Source: a virus
Lineage: Duplodnaviria; Heunggongvirae; Uroviricota; Caudoviricetes
Reading direction: 5' to 3' (one strand)
IMG/VR virus record: IMGVR_UViG_2925939204_000008
DNA: 20,678 bases
How positions within the stretch are numbered: the first letter of the stretch is position 1; each line of letters starts with the position of its first letter. This document shows positions 17,306 through 20,678 of this stretch, one piece after another. The translations under genes were made by a program, and so were the position numbers. Under the pieces are notes generated by a model. That model was given only the letters and a program-made list of their open reading frames with translations, made no database searches and had not been told where the DNA came from.

Positions 17306-18061
17306 ACGCCCCCAACTAACTCTGATTCATCCATGCAACAACACTAAGAGTAACGAGAGGTTATTCCTATCAAAACAACACGATAATCATAGCTAAGCCT
17401 ATCTTAAATGACAGGTAAAGATTGCCGTTGTTACATGGGTAAAGTTGCCATAGTCAGCAAGATAGTAACCATCACTCACTTTGCGTAAAGCCTTGCGCCA
17501 TGCGGCTCACAGCGATCATTGTCCACAATGAGGAGTTTCATGACAGGTGCAATGTGCTGAACGAGTTTTCTAAAATGAAACGATGTTTCTTTTTCATGCC
17601 AAAATCCACCAATTGATTAGCATTCTAATCATTTCATTACACACTCAGTTTCAAGTGCATAAACTCCGCATAATTTGTGCATACAGGCAGGTTAGCCCCG
17701 CCCTCGCCTAACAACCTTACATTTATCAGATTTAAATCAATGAGATAGACAATAACCACACACAAGCATTGGTAGTGTGATGTTCCGCTGTTGCCGCTGT
17801 TCTTCGTGCAGAGTTGAGGATTTGGCAATGTTCAAACACATGTTTATAAATGCCAACATCATGATTTTGTTCAAGATATTTAGAGGAGAAGAAATTTTCG
17901 ATCTGGAGGCGGCCCTGGAGGTCGTTAAGCACTGGACGCAATCGCGCCATTTACCACACACAAGACAGTTCGATTTTTGATCATTTATATTGCAACTTAC
18001 TGAAATTGATCATATTGTTTGTTTCGTTGAGTTTAGATGTGTGTCTTTATGGGAGGGTAAA

Positions 18062-18622
18062 TTGAACAGAGCAGTAGTGTTAGACGAACAGCAAGCCAAA
18101 GCGATCAGGGAGTGGCTAAACGCTCATAACAAGAGCCTGATAGCTGACGTTACGTTAATGATGCAAGCCGCTGTACTGCGTGTGGGGGATGCCGTAGCGT
18201 TACGCTTCGACGAAGTGATCAACGGTGAGATTGACATAGAAGAACAGAAGACAGGGAAGCGTAAAGCCCTCACTCTCCCTGCTCCAGTGGTGCAGATGAT
18301 TGCTCGTCGCCGTGCTGAGTATCCGCATGATGTGCATGTGTTCAGAAGCCAGCGTAACCGATCAATGAACAAGCAAGCGCCTGTACGACGCGAAGAAGTG
18401 AGCAAGCAGATCGCAGAGGCCGCTAAAGCTATCGGTATTCATGGCACTGTATCAGCTCACAGCTTCCGCAAAGCTGGCGGGAATGCCATCTACAAGCGTT
18501 CAGCAAACAACATCGCTTTAGCTATGACCGTGCTTAATCACAGCAACATCACTGACACCAGGCGCTATCTGGATTTAGACAAGCAAGCCGTTAGCCGTGT
18601 GATCAATGAGATGGACTTATAA
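18062..18622 (+). CDS. Small tyrosine recombinase, catalytic domain only (FimB/FimE-sized or truncated integrase)
   Basis: ORF open from 17990; likely start TTG at 18062 after GGGAGGG, or GTG at 18041; motifs ALRFDEV, HSFRKAGG and TRRYLDL fit the R...H-x-x-R...Y catalytic pattern. Confidence 0.65.
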   Translation: MNRAVVLDEQQAKAIREWLNAHNKSLIADVTLMMQAAVLRVGDAVALRFDEVINGEIDIEEQKTGKRKALTLPAPVVQMIARRRAEYPHDVHVFRSQRNRSMNKQAPVRREEVSKQIAEAAKAIGIHGTVSAHSFRKAGGNAIYKRSANNIALAMTVLNHSNITDTRRYLDLDKQAVSRVINEMDL

Positions 18623-18632
18623 GGAGATACGC

Positions 18633-18830
18633 ATGAAACGCTTGCTTGTGCTGACGCTGACAGTAATGCCAGTCCTGGCGAATGCCGGACAGATAACCCT
18701 GATTCTCAGTGACGAACAGGAGACAGACAACGCGAAGATTTGCGTTTATTCCAACGCCAACTTTACGGAGACAGTGACGCTCAGGCCGTCGCAGCAATGC
18801 CGCTACACAATGACCTTTGAAGAGGAGTAA
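18633..18830 (+). CDS. Small secreted or periplasmic protein with signal peptide (65-aa precursor)
   Basis: ATG at 18633 with AAGGAGA 5 nt upstream and 10 nt after the recombinase stop; MKRLLVLTLTVMPVLANA signal-like N-terminus; two Cys in the mature part. Confidence 0.5.
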   Translation: MKRLLVLTLTVMPVLANAGQITLILSDEQETDNAKICVYSNANFTETVTLRPSQQCRYTMTFEEE

Positions 18831-18888
18831 CAATTGAAGAAGGAAGACAAGCAGATAACCAGCGTGGTCTGGTGCGGTGTATAAGTAA

Positions 18889-19368
18889 TCACTGCTTGGA
18901 ATCACGTAGGATCAGAGACAATATCCACCACCAGCGACGACGCAGCCAACTAACATCACTGAACAGCTTCCCATCAGATGTAGTAACATACACCCCTCCG
19001 CGATGATGCACCTTATTATGGTGAGCCTTATTGATGAATGGTACTTCTAAGATCATTTCATCACGGGCTTTTAATCGGCGTGGCAACATGGGGCTGATCA
19101 TGTATTCATCACAATGTTCGTTAGAACAATCGCTAAGGCGTCCGCTGGCGGTTACTATGCCCGCCGAACTTATCGTCACATCATGGGCGCTTTTGTTGGA
19201 AACATAAATTCTGTCTTCATACTGATCGCAACCTAAGAAAAGGCGTAGATCTGTTCTGGATTTTAATAGCTGGAAAATGGATAGTGCAAACCCAGCCCAT
19301 GCGGCAAGCATGGTCAGATTATCAACATTAAGCAACCAATCTATCAAAGTTCCATCCCTTGAGAGCAA
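18889..19368 (-). CDS. Hypothetical membrane-associated protein (start uncertain)
   Basis: Hydrophobic helix LTMLAAWAGFALSIFQLL near the N-terminus; Trp/Arg-rich C-terminus WLRRRWWWILSLIL; TTG start at 19368 or ATG at 19311. Confidence 0.45.
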   Translation of the reverse strand: MLSRDGTLIDWLLNVDNLTMLAAWAGFALSIFQLLKSRTDLRLFLGCDQYEDRIYVSNKSAHDVTISSAGIVTASGRLSDCSNEHCDEYMISPMLPRRLKARDEMILEVPFINKAHHNKVHHRGGVYVTTSDGKLFSDVSWLRRRWWWILSLILRDSKQ

Positions 19369-19571
19369 AGATAATTAGCAATTCCTTGATGCTGTAAGTC
19401 AGTCAATTGGAAGTAGGAATCGAGTACGATTATGACTTGCGTGGCATTATCAGCATGAACAGAACCAGGGGTATCAGGAGGAAGCGAACCATCAAGGATG
19501 GCAGTAAAGTAACCCGATGAGATAGAGACTTTCAGGAAGCAATTGGGTAAAAATTCGTAACGTTCACTCAT
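19344..19571 (-). CDS. Hypothetical small protein (75 aa from the ATG at 19571)
   Basis: ATG at 19571 preceded by GAGGTGG; ORF track gives a longer version to 19658. Confidence 0.4.
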   Translation of the reverse strand: MSERYEFLPNCFLKVSISSGYFTAILDGSLPPDTPGSVHADNATQVIIVLDSYFQLTDLQHQGIANYLCSQGMEL

Positions 19572-19734
19572 AACCACCTCATTTTCAGATTGTTTCTGCA
19601 AAGCGTACATTACGAATTTTATTCTTTTACCGCATTTCAAACCAAATGACAATTCCATTGAATCAGTTGAGGATTTTAACCCTCACCGAAGATAACATAA
19701 CCTCAAAATGTCTATCGCTTCATTGAGGAAATGT

Positions 19735-20508
19735 ATGTCTACTGAAAATTTTGTCACCTTCTGGTTAGCCAGAGCCGATCTTCCATACTTTCTTGAACCC
19801 CATGAATTTTACGTTTCTGAGGCAAGGCGGCGGCTTCTCTCTCAGTTTGGTGATTTAGAACAAGAAGCAGAGAAGAGAGAACAACAGTTTTTGGAGACTA
19901 CTGCTGAGTATTTTGATCAAGATAACGATGACCCAATGGCGGCCTACGAGCAAGCCTATCATGAGGGAATTTATTATGTACGGTCGCTTCTGGAGATGCA
20001 AAATACCGTATTGTTGGCGTTGACAGCAGGTATGTATCATCAGTTTGATAAAAAACTAAGAGAACATACTATCAAAGAGCTAAGTAATTGGTGTGAAAGA
20101 GAATTGATTACCCCCATGATCTGGAATTTAACTTTCCATCAGCTAATTGATTTGCTCGAATGGATTGGCCTCACAATCAATGGAACCGAATACGGAGAAA
20201 GGATAAAAGCCTGTAACTTGGTGGTAAACGTATACAAGCATGGAGACGGCCCTGCACATCAAACACTATCAGTTGATCATCCTGAGTATTACCCAAACCC
20301 CACCGATGTTAGAGGCACGCAGATTGTCCCTAACCATGACGATTTACATGTCTCAGAAGATCAATTTGTAGATTTTGCTAACGCAATAACTGCTTTCTGG
20401 AACGCGGTTCCAGAAAATTGTTACTACTCAGATCTTAGAGAAGAACCCAAATGGTTGGATAGAGTTGTGACAAGATTCGAAAAAAAGCATAGGGGCAATA
20501 GGGGCTGA
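19735..20508 (+). CDS. Hypothetical protein (257 aa), function unknown
   Basis: ATG at 19735 with GAGGA 6 nt upstream (ORF open from 19708); no recognisable motif. Confidence 0.5.
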   Translation: MSTENFVTFWLARADLPYFLEPHEFYVSEARRRLLSQFGDLEQEAEKREQQFLETTAEYFDQDNDDPMAAYEQAYHEGIYYVRSLLEMQNTVLLALTAGMYHQFDKKLREHTIKELSNWCERELITPMIWNLTFHQLIDLLEWIGLTINGTEYGERIKACNLVVNVYKHGDGPAHQTLSVDHPEYYPNPTDVRGTQIVPNHDDLHVSEDQFVDFANAITAFWNAVPENCYYSDLREEPKWLDRVVTRFEKKHRGNRG

Positions 20509-20519
20509 TTAGCCCCATC

Positions 20520-20678
20520 TCAAAACATCAAGTTTGCAGCTCGCGCCAACTTGATTTCCTCTCGCTCTTCCTGCTTCTTAGCAAGCCAGGCTTTCCCCTC
20601 TGGTGTTGCCAGGAATTTACGGGCGTGAATCTTACGGTTGTTGCGCTTCGTGGCTGCTTTTTGGTTAGCTTTTGACAT
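20520..20678 (-). CDS. Small basic protein, possibly partial because the ATG is the last three bases of the window
   Basis: Minus-strand MSKANQKAATKRNNRKIHARKFLATPEGKAWLAKKQEEREEIKLARAANLMF with stop at 20520-20522; upstream context not visible. Confidence 0.3.
   Translation of the reverse strand: MSKANQKAATKRNNRKIHARKFLATPEGKAWLAKKQEEREEIKLARAANLMF

Larger units (their letters stand above)
7666..17317. mobile_element. Second integrase-bounded phage-like island (boundaries approximate)
   Basis: int2 at the left end, all other genes on the minus strand, right end marked by the 32-bp-spaced repeat array; a degenerate copy of the repeat plus AACGCCCC lies at 7666-7698. Confidence 0.4.

Noticed and set aside
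16863-17980. ORFs 16863..17060 (-), 17637..17828 (-), 17732..17961 (-) and 17777..17980 (+)
   Set aside because: Short ORFs in mostly non-coding DNA with Cys/His/Arg-rich composition and mutual overlaps; treated as non-coding regulatory sequence.
20501-20510. GGGGCTGATT matching the first 10 nt of tmRNA (ssrA)
   Set aside because: The match does not extend beyond 10 nt and the following sequence forms a simple hairpin; no tRNA-like T-arm nearby.
1-20678. CRISPR arrays, tRNA or rRNA genes
   Set aside because: No regularly spaced 25-40 bp repeats with unique spacers, no tRNA-like conserved arms and no rRNA-like sequence were seen by eye; a tRNAscan/Infernal run would be needed to exclude small RNAs.

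Overview
No tools were run; every family assignment below is from reading the ORF translations and the DNA, and none is confirmed by a database search. The window reads as two phage-derived elements in tandem plus a short accessory stretch, all apparently decayed or minimal. (1) Positions 1-7541 look like an e14-like cryptic prophage in reverse orientation: Pin-family invertase with one pix-like crossover site and a tail-fibre C-terminal fragment, a deletion junction, Mu-like tail tube and sheath, a truncated terminase large subunit, a frameshifted small-terminase-like gene, a divergent Cro-like/CI-like immunity pair with TTGC..GCAA operators, then hypothetical-xis-int. (2) A second tyrosine integrase (7714-8937) sits 172 bp downstream and appears to bound a ~9.6 kb island whose genes are all on the minus strand: tandem promoters, a ribbon-helix-helix protein, winged-helix/O-like DNA-binding proteins, a terminator, then capsid-type genes and a 616-aa tape-measure-like protein, with no terminase, portal or tail genes. 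(3) Beyond three 18-bp palindromic repeats spaced exactly 32 bp apart (17224-17305) lie a small FimB-sized tyrosine recombinase, a coupled signal-peptide protein, and a membrane-protein/unknown-protein cluster. I saw no rRNA, tRNA or CRISPR array. I could not identify a system I can name with confidence as novel; the best candidates are the capsid-carrying island, the 32-bp repeat array, the small recombinase locus and the 18.9-20.5 kb gene cluster.
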